DNA from: Octopus vulgaris
Lineage: Eukaryota
Direction: 5' to 3'
DNA length: 64,000 nt
NCBI GenBank assembly: GCA_951406725.2
Contig: OX597834.1
Coordinates: 30,194,001 to 30,258,000, forward strand
Shown here: in pieces, positions 1 through 45,885 of the stretch
How positions within the stretch are numbered: position 1 is the first letter of the stretch
How the letters are laid out: the number at the start of each line of letters is the position of its first letter
Program-made: the position numbers and the translations under genes
The notes under the pieces: model-generated
Told to the model about the DNA's origin: nothing
What the model saw: the letters and a program-made list of their open reading frames with translations, nothing else
The model's database searches: none

Positions 1-662
1 CAAACAATGAATGGGGCCAGCAGTGATATTTTGTGCGAAAGAAACTTCTCAAAAACACTGGTGTGCCAAAAGGCGTAGGCCTTGCTTAAAATATCACCAA
101 TCGATCATTTGGACTGTCAGTCTCATCAGTGAAGAAGAATAACTTTTGCACATTTTGAACTAGTTATGTTGATTTCCTCACACCATAAATCCATTTACTA
201 AGTCCTCTTCCCATTTTATTAAACCTCCTCCATTTTGAGACAACCACTGTCTTTTCAGATCCTCTTCTCTCTTTGACAGAAGTGACACAAAAAACTTTCA
301 CCGGCACAGGGATGGCAGCTCGACTAAAGGCGGTGCTCCAGCATGGCCACAGTCAAATGACTGAAACAAGTATAAGAGTAATGGTTTCACCTTTTGGCAG
401 AAGACCAGCAATTTCAGGTGAGGAGGGGGTTAAGTCAATTACATCGACTCCACTGCCTAAATGGTACTTATTTTATCGACAACAAAAGGATGAAAGGTAA
501 AGTCGACCTCAGCCGAATTTGAACTCAGAACATAAAGACAAACGAAATGTCACTATGCCTTTTGCCTAGCATGCTAACCACTCAGCCAGCCAACCACCCT
601 AAATATAGTAATTGATTAATTGATAAATTATTAAGTCAATAAGAAATACAAAATATATTTAC

Positions 663-34549
<33,887 letters not shown>

Positions 34550-34664
34550 TTCAGCCACTTTACTACTCTCTCTCTCTCTCTCTCTCTCTCTTTTCTCTCT
34601 TCCTCTCTCTCTCTCTCTCTCACTGTATATTTTACAGTTTGCTCTGTATATGAGTGTATTTATA

Positions 34665-34709
<45 letters not shown>

Positions 34710-35469
34710 ATGTCTGTGTATATATACACGTGTAACTGTGTGTGTAGGTTTGTTACTTTTTTTTGTCCTTCAGTTCTTCCCTTCTTTTCTTTTTCCTTTG
34801 CCTTTTAATTTACTCTTCTTCTCTCTCTCTCTCTCCTTTCTCTTTCTTTCTCTCTTATTCTTTCTCTCCTTATTCTTTCTCTTCTTCTCCCTCTCTGATT
34901 TCACTGATTACAACAGAAGATTGTGTTTTCAAAGTTTCTTGCTGTTTTTCTATTCTCTTCATTCGAAATTGTTTTATTATTGTTATTATTGTCATTATTA
35001 TTGCTGCTGCTGCTGCTACTACTACTATTATTATTATCACATCTTTATTGTCTTCCATTTTTCTGCTTTTTCTCGTCTTTACAGATTTTGCCAATGATAA
35101 TATTATGACCTCCAACAACTCATGTTATTTTGCCTTTGTTATTGTAGTTCTTTTCAGTTTTGCTTATAATAAAAATAATAATAATAAAAATAATTATTAT
35201 TATGACTGCTATTGTTGTTGTTACTGCTCTTGTGGATGAGATTGATCTTGTTGTTACTGTTGTGTTCTTTGGCTTGACTTGCTTTATAGATATGAACAAA
35301 TGATCATCGTTATTATAATTATAATTATTATTATTATTATTATTATTATTGTGTTACAGAAGTAGTAGAAGGAAGATAGCTTGTTAATAATAAATAAACA
35401 GAAGTTTGTGTGTGTGTATTTTTCTTCTTTCACTTTGCAGTTCCTTGTTTGCGCTCTTTGACTTCACAA

Positions 35470-35523
35470 GGTACTCTGAGTTTCCTCAGGCTCCGCTCTT
35501 TTCTTATATAACCTTTTACGTAA
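35470..35523 (-). promoter_or_regulatory. Candidate core promoter of the CCP gene: TTACGTAA bZIP palindrome, TATATAAG, Inr-like TCAG
   Basis: TTACGTAA at 35516-35523, TATA box at 35503-35510, Inr-like A at ~35477 (31-33 nt downstream), about 0.93 kb upstream of the ATG in the same orientation. Confidence 0.5.
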
Positions 35524-35855
35524 TCTACGTGTACATATATATATATATATAACTATATATATGTGGGTGTGGGCGTCGGTGGGTGTATGAATATTGGTGT
35601 GGTGTTTAATGTGACAGCGATCATAATTGCCCTATCAAAAGAGCCCGAGCCATACGTCCCACCCCGACCCTGCTGCAGCTTCACCACCACCACCATTACC
35701 ATCGACATCACCATCACAGCCACACTACTCGACTACCCCTCCGACCTTTTAGCCACAACAAACCTGCACCACTGCCCCCCCTCACCAGCAATGTGTAGAC
35801 TTACATCCTTCCACACACAGGATACTGTTGAACCTCTTCTAATCTCAGTACTCTC

Positions 35856-35890
<35 letters not shown>

Positions 35891-36019
35891 ACACCCATAC
35901 ACACACATTTTTATAATCATATCATTTTCTACCTTTCTTGGGTTTTTCTGAATTGTTTCGTTTTGTGTTTGTGTATATACATACATACATATATATATAC
36001 ACACATATATATGTATAGC

Positions 36020-36058
<39 letters not shown>

Positions 36059-36074
36059 ACATATATATATACAT

Positions 36075-36130
<56 letters not shown>

Positions 36131-37469
36131 TTATGTATATACTTATATTTATTTCTTGATTTTGAAATAATGTAATTTAATTTTTTTGTTTACTTTCAAG
36201 ACACCACCCTAATTAAAGTAGCCCCTCTCTCACTTCCTCTCTCTCTCTCTCTCTTTTTCTCACCTTCCCTTCTCCCCCTCTCCAATTAAACCCGGACACA
36301 CGGAGGTCCTTAGATGACCAAACAAAACCTTTCGTTACATCATCACAATAATAAGCCAATGAGATAGAAGTGTCGGCTACTTAAACTGTCTCCACCTCCC
36401 CCCCACTTCCCTGCCATAACCACCACCACCAGCAACAACAACAGCAACAGCAACATCAGCATGCCCTCAGCCACATACGACATCCACCTAGCAGAGAGCA
36501 AAGATTATTTTTAGATATATTTTTAGTGTTGTGGGGGGTGGGGCAGTGGGGCGGTGGCTTATGAAGTTTGCTTTGAAACCGTGAAGCTGTGAGTTCAAAC
36601 CTCTTTGATCAGATCCACACTATGGAACCACGAACACTTTCAAATTATATATCTGATCACATAAACATCATCATCATCATCATCATCTGTTTCTTTATTG
36701 CCCACGAGGGGCTAAACACAGAGGGGACAAACAAGGATAGACAAACGGATTAAGTCGTTTACATCGACCCCAGTGCGTATCTGGTACTTAATTTATCGAC
36801 CCCGAAAGGATGAAAGGCAAAGTCGACCTTGGCGGAATTTGAACTCAGAACGCAACGACAGACGCAATACCGCTAAGCATTTCGCCCGGTGTGCTAACGT
36901 TTCTGCCAGCTCATCATCATCATCATTTAATATCTGCTGTCCATGCTGGCATGGGTTGGACAGTCTGAGCAGGGGTCGCAAGCTGGAAAGGTGGCACCAG
37001 GCTCCAGTCTGTTTTGGCATGGTTTTTCTTTGGCTGGATGCCCTTCCTAACATGCCAACCATTCTGAGATTGTAATGGGTGCTTTCATGTGCCACCAGCA
37101 TGGGTGCCATTTGTGTGACGCCAGTATCTGCCATGATTACGATTTCACTAGATTTGATGAGTTTTCTTCTCAAGCACACCACAATGCCAAAGGTCCTGCT
37201 TATTTGTCATTGCCTCCATGGGGCCCGACAAACCCTTTTGAATATTATCTTAGCAAGTTTAAAGTGATTTCTTTTGTGCCATAAACCATTTACTATTTCT
37301 GTGGTTACCCCACCCCCACACACACTTCATTGATGCCATAAGCATACGCTTATTTTGCTCAATGATTAGTCCAATGCTGGGTGGCAGTCCCTTATATTGC
37401 TAAGAGTGGACCATGGATCCACTGAAACAGTTGTAAGCTTCTAATAGATATATGTATATAACCCTTTAC

Positions 37470-37517
<48 letters not shown>

Positions 37518-37709
37518 CAAGCAAAGTAACTAATTAGGAAATCTTTATAAGAGATGAAAGTAGTAACTATACTGGGTGCAGATTGCATCAATAACCAGCC
37601 AGAAGAGGCTCTTCCTAGGGTTAAAAGCAGTAGTAACATCGATTCCTATAGAACAGTCATATTGATGTTGTGATAAACATTACTTATATATATATATATA
37701 TATATGTAT

Positions 37710-38013
37710 GGAGGCGCAATGGCCCAGTGGTTAGGGCAGCGGACTCGCGGTTTCGATTCCCAGACCAGGTGTTGAGTGTGTTTATTGAGCGAAAACACCT
37801 AAAAAAAAAAAAAAAAGCTCCACGAGGCTCCGGCAGGGAGTGGTGGTGATCCCCACTGTACTCTTTCACCACTCCTTCTCCCACTCTTTCTGCTGTTGGC
37901 CTGCTCGCTTAGCCAGCGGGGTGGCGTCATTCGAAGGCTAAAACAATGCGAATGCATTGTGACCAGTGATGTGTAACAACATCTGATGGTCTGCTTGGTC
38001 ACGTGATCACGTG
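37710..38013 (+). mobile_element. SINE with family B head and a different 3' tail
   Basis: Head as at 5340; tail ends CACGTGATCACGTGATA. Confidence 0.8.
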
Positions 38014-38449
38014 ATATATATATATATATATGTGCGTGTGTGTGTGTGTGTGTGTGTATCATCATCATTTAACGACTGCCTTCTATATATGTATGTATGT
38101 ATTTACATACATACATCATCATTTAACGTCCACCTACATGAAGTTATGTTTGGTCATAGTGGCCAATTGTTTTGCATCCATAAAACACTTGGCTTTATAG
38201 ATGACTTGTCAGACTCCAGTAGCCAAGGGCATATAACTTCACTTCAAACAGGGGGTAGAAAACCGTTAAAGTCAGTTAATTTGCTAATAAAAGAATAATA
38301 TACATGTCTAAGCATTTAAACAATGAGTTATCTGCTTTAGACTGATCCTGTTGGCAAATCTCAAGGACCAAAAGGGTGAACAGGAAATTACTCTCCTTTG
38401 GGTTGGTTCCAGTCTGCATTTGCTTTTTATAGCCCTAATTGACAAATGA

Positions 38450-38790
38450 TGAATCCCACACCTGCAGCAGGTAGCATTTGAAATGGGGGAGGAGGCTATA
38501 GATCTCATATCTTGAGCTTAAGAGAGATCCCAGGTCCAGCAAGTCTTTAAGGATCCTTACCTGTTCTGCTATGCAAAGCTTGCATCGTCCACTCCCATTT
38601 ATATAGGACTCCAGTTGCTCTATGATCCTTCATTTAATTTCGCATGGAGTTCCTTCATCCTTAAAGTGCCACATGTGACTGACTATGGACATGACGTAAC
38701 ATCTTTCTGGAACTCTAAAAGAGGACTTGTGGTTGTACAGGTGCCACTTAAAGACAGTTCTGGCCGACCTGCTGTCTATCCGAACTTGAG
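38450..38790 (-). mobile_element. Penelope-like GIY-YIG C-terminal remnant
   Basis: FKWHLYNHKSSFR...SHMWHFKDEGTPCEIK*RII...YINGSGRCKLCIAEQVRIL...LLSSRYEIYSLLPHFKCYLL. Confidence 0.78.
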
Positions 38791-39375
38791 TACTGCTTGT
38801 CTTCACGCCCCTGGTGTATCTTCCGTTGGCTCTGGGACTGGAGTTGCTGTTGCTGCAGCTGTTGTTGGGGCTGTCATCAGTGCTGTTATTACAGGGTGTG
38901 GGTCGGGCGATATTACTGTAGTTGTTTCTTCTGCTTCCTTTTCTTTTTCTGCCTTCTCTGTCTTTCTCTCCCCTCCATTCATTCTTCTTTTCTCTTTCTC
39001 CTTTTCTAAACAAAACAACACAATGTCTAAAAGGTAAAGAAATTGTCTGTAAAACTTACCCCCATGAAGGGAGACAGGAAAGCGCTAATAAATAATTATC
39101 TAAAATGGGATAGGAAACTTTGTCGTTCATATCATCATTTTGACACATCCTGCATCGATTCCTCAAAGTGGATGGGAAACTATACAACATATTCCATCTG
39201 GCCCATGCATTCATGAAAAACTAGAGGTTAAAACAATGATGATGATGATGTAACTTTAATTAAATTAAAATTTTGAACAGAAGTAGGGGCTTCTTTGCCT
39301 GGTGAAGATCTCAGAAGACTAAAAGCTTGTCAGATTAGATCCGAGTAAACATTTATGTTTATTAAACACAAGTTC

Positions 39376-39575
39376 GAGCTGGTGTCAAAAGGTTCCCGGA
39401 CTAGTTATGTTTCATAAAAAACAGCTTATTTACCTGACATCAATTCCCTCGAAATAGTCACCTTGCATAGCAATACATCGGTCTCAGCATTCCTACCACT
39501 TGGAATCCAGCCTGGAAGTCATATTCCATAAGCAAAGCCAAGGGCCTTCTGCGATTCGCTCTGGATCTCAACAAC
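39376..39575 (-). mobile_element. Mariner right-end fragment
   Basis: TIR GGTGTCAAAAGGTTCCCGGACTAG plus QGDYFEG coding remnant. Confidence 0.75.
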
Positions 39576-39859
39576 AAGCTTCATTTTCCCCAAAGATTAA
39601 GGAAACACTCCAGTCTATCCCAGTATTTACTTCTTTCTTTCTCTCTCCTTCTCTCTCTCTGTAGAGATCTTTACCAAAGACTGAAGATTCACGATTTTTC
39701 TCAGAAAAGCTACAAAATGGCTTCTCATTGCCTTCTACCAATCTATTTACAATTTACTCTGCTAGTCTTCTGTTCTCATGATCTTACCCTTGAGGTGCAG
39801 GAGAAATTTATCCTTTAGGTAAGGGGACTGCTTCGTGTGACATTAATTTGTGTACACAC

Positions 39860-40570
39860 ACCAGTGGGCCTCTGTGTCACGTAGTTAGGGCCAGCCCCCT
39901 TTCATGTCCTGCATGATTTAGCTATAAGTCCATTTTCTGCTACTTGGCCAATAACTGGGGCCCTTGATAGATACTATCACCCCAGGCTAGAGTGAACCTG
40001 GGAGTAATGATGACTAAAGACTCATTCCCCAAAACCCCTGCACTCTATTGGGCCCATGTGATACATACCAGTGGCTGGCCTCCTCCTGTGTCTTGTATAT
40101 TTTAGCCATCAATTATTTGACCCATAATTGGGGGCCAGAGAAAACCCAGAAGTATTGTAGTAACTCAAGATGAACTGCATACTTCTCAAAACTCCTTAAC
40201 TCTGGTAGTCCTGTATGAAACATTTGTAGGGGTCAGTCCTGAATAGCTTAGCCACAGAACCCTCTTCAGTTATTTAACCCATAACTGGGGCCTTTGCTAC
40301 TACCAGACCTGGGAATATAGTGGTGACTAAGGGATAACTCCAGACTCCCCTGAATTCCTGAACAATGGTGGGTCCGATTGGCACATAACTAGGAATCAGC
40401 TCTCCTCCAAGTCTGCCATTTGACCCATGACTGGCATCTTTGACAGACACCATTGTGGGCCAGAGAAAACATGGGCGTACAGGGGCAATTATGGGGTTAC
40501 TCCATACTCCCCCAAATTCCTGAACAATGGTGAGCCTGTATGACACATATCTTGGAGTCACTCCTGAACT
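39860..40570. repeat. Ancient diverged tandem array, ~160-185-bp unit x4-5
   Basis: Recurring ATTTGACCCATAACTGGGGCC...CCTGGGA...ACTCC...CCTGAACAATGGTG. Confidence 0.7.
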
Positions 40571-41508
40571 CCAAAGCTGAAACCTTGCCATTTACAACAA
40601 TTTAGTTTTCTTGAGGACACAGAGTACATTCTAGATGAATTAAGAAGGAATAAAACACTTATTCGTTGTTTTCGCTGTTGTTTTTGGTGGTTATTTTTTG
40701 TATTTCTCCAAAACAACATTGCAATCACATAACCCCACCTAGTTTTGCCACTAAGTAGAATATAAAGTTGGACTAAGAATATTTGACAAAATGACCGTTT
40801 CTCACCAGAGAGGTCAGAGAGTCAAGAAATATTTCCATAAAAAAACACCAAAAATTTCCCCAAAACAACCAACCAAAAAACAAAATTCTTCGTCAGTGTT
40901 GGGGTGGGTGAGGAACAAATCTCCATCTCCGCAAATAATTAACGTACCAATGACTGTTTGCTACAGTTTCCTGTTGCAACATACTAAGACATAATTAATT
41001 CTTCAGGAAGCTGAGATTAAATGGCTTTGGTGATATGTCTAGCAAAAGTTCTTTTGTGTTGTTGTTATTGGTTGGTTGGCCAGTTAGATGGCTGGTGTCC
41101 ATGGGTGGTGGTCAGTTGCTGGTTGTTTTTGATTGGTCAAAGTGGTTTACGTTTAGTGTTTTACTTTCGAAAAATTCCTCACATGAAAGCGTTTCAATTT
41201 ATTTCCTCTTGAAGTGACGTTCATGTTGATGCCAGTTCTTGTTGAGATCTGAACCGGTGACTCATTGACAAAACAGGATGTCTTCCTAGTGACGCCTTCA
41301 TGTATTGATGACATCCCAAAATACCCCAAAATAGTCTAAGACAACCTGAAGAGGATTCTACCTGTTTATTTTGCTGTTCTTTTTTCTTTTTCTTGATTTT
41401 GAAAGAATCGGTCAAGTATGTTACTGATTAATGCTTGTGTGTGTGTGTATGTAATATATACCATAATAAAAAAACGTCAAAACCAAACCATGTTTTAATG
41501 TTATTCAA

Positions 41509-41558
<50 letters not shown>

Positions 41559-41620
41559 TACTTATATACATATACTTATATACATATGATATATACATAT
41601 ACATATATATATGTATATAT

Positions 41621-41784
41621 AGGCGTAGGAGTGGCTGTGTGGTAAGTAGCTTGCTTACGAACCACATGGTTCCGGGTTGTCCCACTGCATGGCACCTTGG
41701 GCAAGTGTCTTCTAGTATAGCCTTGGGCCGACCAAAGCCTTGTGAGTGGATTTGGTAGGCGGAAACTGAAAGAAGCCAGCCGTG

Positions 41785-41828
<44 letters not shown>

Positions 41829-42035
41829 TGTCTGTGTTTGTCCCCCAACATCACTTGACAACTGATGCTGGTGTGTTTACGTCCCCATAACTTAGCAGTT
41901 TGGCAAAAGAAAGCAATAGAATAAGTACTAGGCTTACAAAGAACAAGTCCTGGGGTCGATTTGCTCGACTAAAGGTGGTGCTCCAGTATGGCCACAGTCA
42001 AATGACTGAAACAAGTAAAAGAGTAAAAAGTAAGA

Positions 42036-42037
<2 letters not shown>
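41621..42037 (+). mobile_element. SINE family A
   Basis: Full-length match to 6182-6598. Confidence 0.88.
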
Positions 42038-42074
<37 letters not shown>

Positions 42075-42077
<3 letters not shown>

Positions 42078-42657
42078 TGTCCCTCAAAAATGTATACACA
42101 CTTTAGCAGCAAATAACACAATTGATGTTTTTTCTTTCCAGATGAAACCCATTGGAATTAATGATGGCAGTCAAACTAAGCTTTGAAGAAAGGAAATTCA
42201 TTCTGAAATATTACTGGAAGTGTAAAAACACAGTTGAAGTGCAAAAGACAGTTTAGGACAGAGTTTCAAACAGATCCACCAACGCGATTTACCATCATTC
42301 GAATTAGAGATAAGCTTGCAGTCAATGGGACTGTTCAGAATGTCCACAAGAAACATCCGGGAAGACCAAGAACCTTCACTACCCCTACAAAGCAAGAAGG
42401 AGTGCTGGAAATGTATCACCAATGTCCAAGAAAATCTATGCAGCAAGCGAGTCATGAGGCAGGTATTTCGAAATCGTCTTTCCAAGGCATTTTGAAGTGT
42501 TGTCAATGGAAAAGTTACGTTCCAAGATTAATCCATGCTATTAATGATGATCCAGACCAAAGAGTGCAGTATTGTGAGTGGTACGTGGCATGATGTGTAG
42601 AAGATGCACGCTTTCCAACAAAGACTGTGTGGAGTAATGAGGCCACATTCAAGTTAA
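42075..42657 (+). mobile_element. Tc1/mariner-superfamily transposase 5' fragment (DUF4817/HTH type)
   Basis: KHPGRPRT...[18 protein letters not shown]...VWSNEATFKL; the frame resumes (NGSIN) after the insertion, from 43136. Confidence 0.82.
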
Positions 42658-43132
42658 CCCTTTTGATACCAACCCGGCTGAAACCGCCTCTGGCTCTGTA
42701 GTACAAATGTTTTGTTTTCATAAGTTTTGAATTAAAATCTTCTACCAAACCTTAGTCAAAATTTATGTTCCTAACACTAGTTGAATGATAACTAAGTTAT
42801 TTTACTAAATTCTTTGTTATATTTAAAATTAATCAAAAGAAACACAGAGCATCTCAAAATAAATACAGTAGTGAAAGGGGTAAAATATATAACAGAGAAA
42901 CAATTCTTAACCGTTTAGATACCAACCTGCTTGAAACCACCTCTGGCTCTGTAGTACAAATGTTTTGTTTTCATAAGTTTTGAATTAAAATCTTCTACCA
43001 AACCTTAGTCAAAATTTATTTTCCTAACACCAGCTGAATGATAACTAAGTTATTTTACTAAATTCTTTGTTATATTTAAAATTAATCAAAAGAAACACAG
43101 AGCATCTCTAAATAAATACGGTAACAAAAGGG
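42658..43132. mobile_element. piggyBac-like MITE tandem dimer with TTAA target duplication
   Basis: TTAA|CCC...GGG|TTAA; two ~220-bp units; interrupts the transposase codons FKL/NG. Confidence 0.85.
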
Positions 43133-43435
43133 TTAAATGGTTCAATTAACTTTTGGTCATCTCTCATCTTTCAGACAACTAATATCCGAGCAAATACCGT
43201 TAAGTTGATTCCTACATCTTAGTCCCACTAGCAGTGAGGATTTGATAATTTATGTATGTATTCATGCTTAACCTTTTTTTTTAATAAGATCAGTTGTTTA
43301 ATGTTCGTGAGTTTTGCTTTTGTTGTAATACTGAAGCCAGCCCAATCTCACACTATGATTGAGACAGCAACAGCATCAACTCTGATGATAGTGACATCCA
43401 CAATGCAACAATCATACTATCACACAATAACAGTG

Positions 43436-43752
43436 AGGGCGCGTGGCTTAGTGGTTAGGGCATTCGGCTCATGATCGTAAGGTTGTGAGTTCGATTCCCG
43501 GCGACGCGTTGTTTCCTTGAGCAAGACACTTTATTTCACGTTGCTCCAGTCCACTCAGCTGGCAAAAATGAGTTGTACTTGTATTTCAAAGGGTCAGCCT
43601 TGTCACTCTCTGTGTCACGCTGATTATCCCCGAGAACTACGTTAAGGGTACACGTGTCTGTGGAGTGCTCAGCCACTTGCACGTTAATTTCACGAGCAAG
43701 CTGTTCCGTTGATTGTATCAGCTGGGACCCTCGTCGTCGTAACCGGCGGAGT
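43436..43752 (+). mobile_element. SINE family C
   Basis: Match to 8966-9285. Confidence 0.85.
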
Positions 43753-43972
43753 CTTTTTTTTTTACACAATAACATAAATAGGTCGTGTGTCATTTTAGCA
43801 ACTGCAAGCTCCTAACCCAACACTCACATTCCATTTTAATGACCGCATGTTTGACAGGGGTTCATGAGGGCAGATCTCTGTATATTCTTGTGCTTGTTCC
43901 ATTGCCAGGGGCAAGTTTTGATATCCAGCTACATAACACATTGCTTTATATTTCTTACATTTTGTTGTGTCA

Positions 43973-44324
43973 GAGCTATGCCGTCGGGAACTTCGGTTCC
44001 TGGTAGGGCCACCCAAGGCAGATTGGTCTAACATCGAGTGGTCTGACACCGAGGGCCACAACCCGGCAGACAGGGCTCTGGTGAAAATCCTCAGAGTGTC
44101 TGTTTCGGCAACTGGCAGCTCCTCGGTCATTCTGTCCCTGCACCTGCAGACAATCTGCGGCAAACAGGATGTCTCTACATGCGGGATTGTTGGGGACCAC
44201 TTGTGAAATTCATATTCCCACGAAACTTCTTCCACTGCCATGGTTCGAGATGCCTCAAGGGTGGTAGAAGAAGCCGACTCAACACGCCCAGGGTGAATGT
44301 CGCCACAAGTACAAGTAAGTAAGT
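43973..44324 (+). mobile_element. Short RTE-derived element (5'-UTR-like head + 3' end with CAAGTA/AAGT tail)
   Basis: CCTGGTAGGGCCACCCAAGGCAGA head typical of RTE 5' regions; ends MVRDA...STRPG* then CAAGTACAAGTAAGTAAGT. Confidence 0.6.
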
Positions 44325-45189
44325 TAGTCCTCTGTAAATAGTTTGTAATTCCAGCCAGCAGTGACCGGCCAGGACTTGTGCAGCATAAATAAACCATGTG
44401 CAAATGGTCACAAGGTGTTTTTAACTCATTCACATACAACCTCTGTGAACACATGACAAGCGACACCAGTGAGGCACAGGGAGAGCCACGGCTGGTGTTG
44501 ACCCTGCAGCACCCAGACCCTTCAGCTTCCAGATCCCTGCAAGCCTCTCATCCAAGCAAAGTGACCGAGCATCAGTTAAAGTGACCTCCAGATACAATCG
44601 GGACCACATCTTGGAAGCAAAAGCCAACCCGGAATGACGACATCATTGTTGCTATTTGCTGTAATGCTTATTACAAAAGACCAAATCTATGCTGCTTCTT
44701 TAACTGGCGGCGAGAGTTGAGATGGTTAAAGAGATGGAAGGAGTGGACGGGGTGGGGAGAGGAGGGGGAGGTGACAGTCGTGGGGGAGGGGGAGCAATGG
44801 GAGATTTGTGGATATGATGGAGGGGGGAAGGGGTGATGGTGATAGCGAGCTGATAAGCTGTTTGGTCACTGATTCTCAGACCATATCGTATTGCATCCAT
44901 TTAATGTTGAACACGCAAAACTAACCTACAGCATCACACACACACACATATATATACACATACACGCACACACACACGTTTTACAGAGATATCAATCTGC
45001 TCCTTTTTATCTGACATCAGTAAAACAACAAGTGTGTTGCCACAACAGATTTAATCAATTCTCTCAGTCAGTTCTGTAAAAGCTTTAAATATAAAGAAAA
45101 CTTCTCACATGAAACGCTTTTACCGCAAAAACACATTTCAATGGAGGAGAAACAAAATCGCTTTCAGCAAACACATCAGAACTGCATTC

Positions 45190-45885
45190 ACACACACACA
45201 CACACACCCATGCGTACAAATACATACACACACACACACCCACACTCTCATGCATACAAATACATACACAGACACACACACACACACTCTCATGCATACA
45301 AATACATACATACACACACGCACACACACATCATGCATACAAATACATACATACACACACACACTCCCATGCATACAAATACATACACACACACACCCAC
45401 ATTCTCATGCATACAAATACATACACACACACACACACCTACACTCTCATGCATACAAATACATACGCACACACACACACACACACTCCCATGCATACAA
45501 ATACATACATACACACACACACACCCATGCGTACAAATACATACACACACACTCTCATGCATACAAATACATATGCACACACACACACTCTCATGCATAC
45601 AAATACATACATACACACACGCACACACACTCATGCATACAAATACATACATACACACACACACTCCCATGCATACAAATACATACACACACACACCCAC
45701 ACTCTCATGCATATAAATACATACAGATATATACACACACACACAGACACTCACACACACACTCATACACACACTCCCATGCATACAAATACAAACATAT
45801 ACACACACACACACACACACTCCCATGCATACAAATACATACATATATATACACACACACAGACACTCTCATACACACACACACA
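45190..45885. repeat. Minisatellite, ~35-40-bp unit CTCATGCATACAAATACATAC(AC)n
   Basis: More than 15 tandem units visible. Confidence 0.92.

Noticed and set aside
38803-39021. Mucin-like Thr/Pro/Ala ORF as a possible CCP-gene stalk exon
   Set aside because: Lies upstream of the signal-peptide exon and promoter; the overlapping frame leads into a Penelope endonuclease remnant.
44285-44330. 2A-like peptide LLTCTCGDIHPG in ORF 43795-44466
   Set aside because: Lacks NPGP and is the antisense reading of an RTE 3' tail.
45190-45885. Repeat-spacer pattern resembling CRISPR
   Set aside because: The spacers are just (CA)n; eukaryotic minisatellite, no cas genes.
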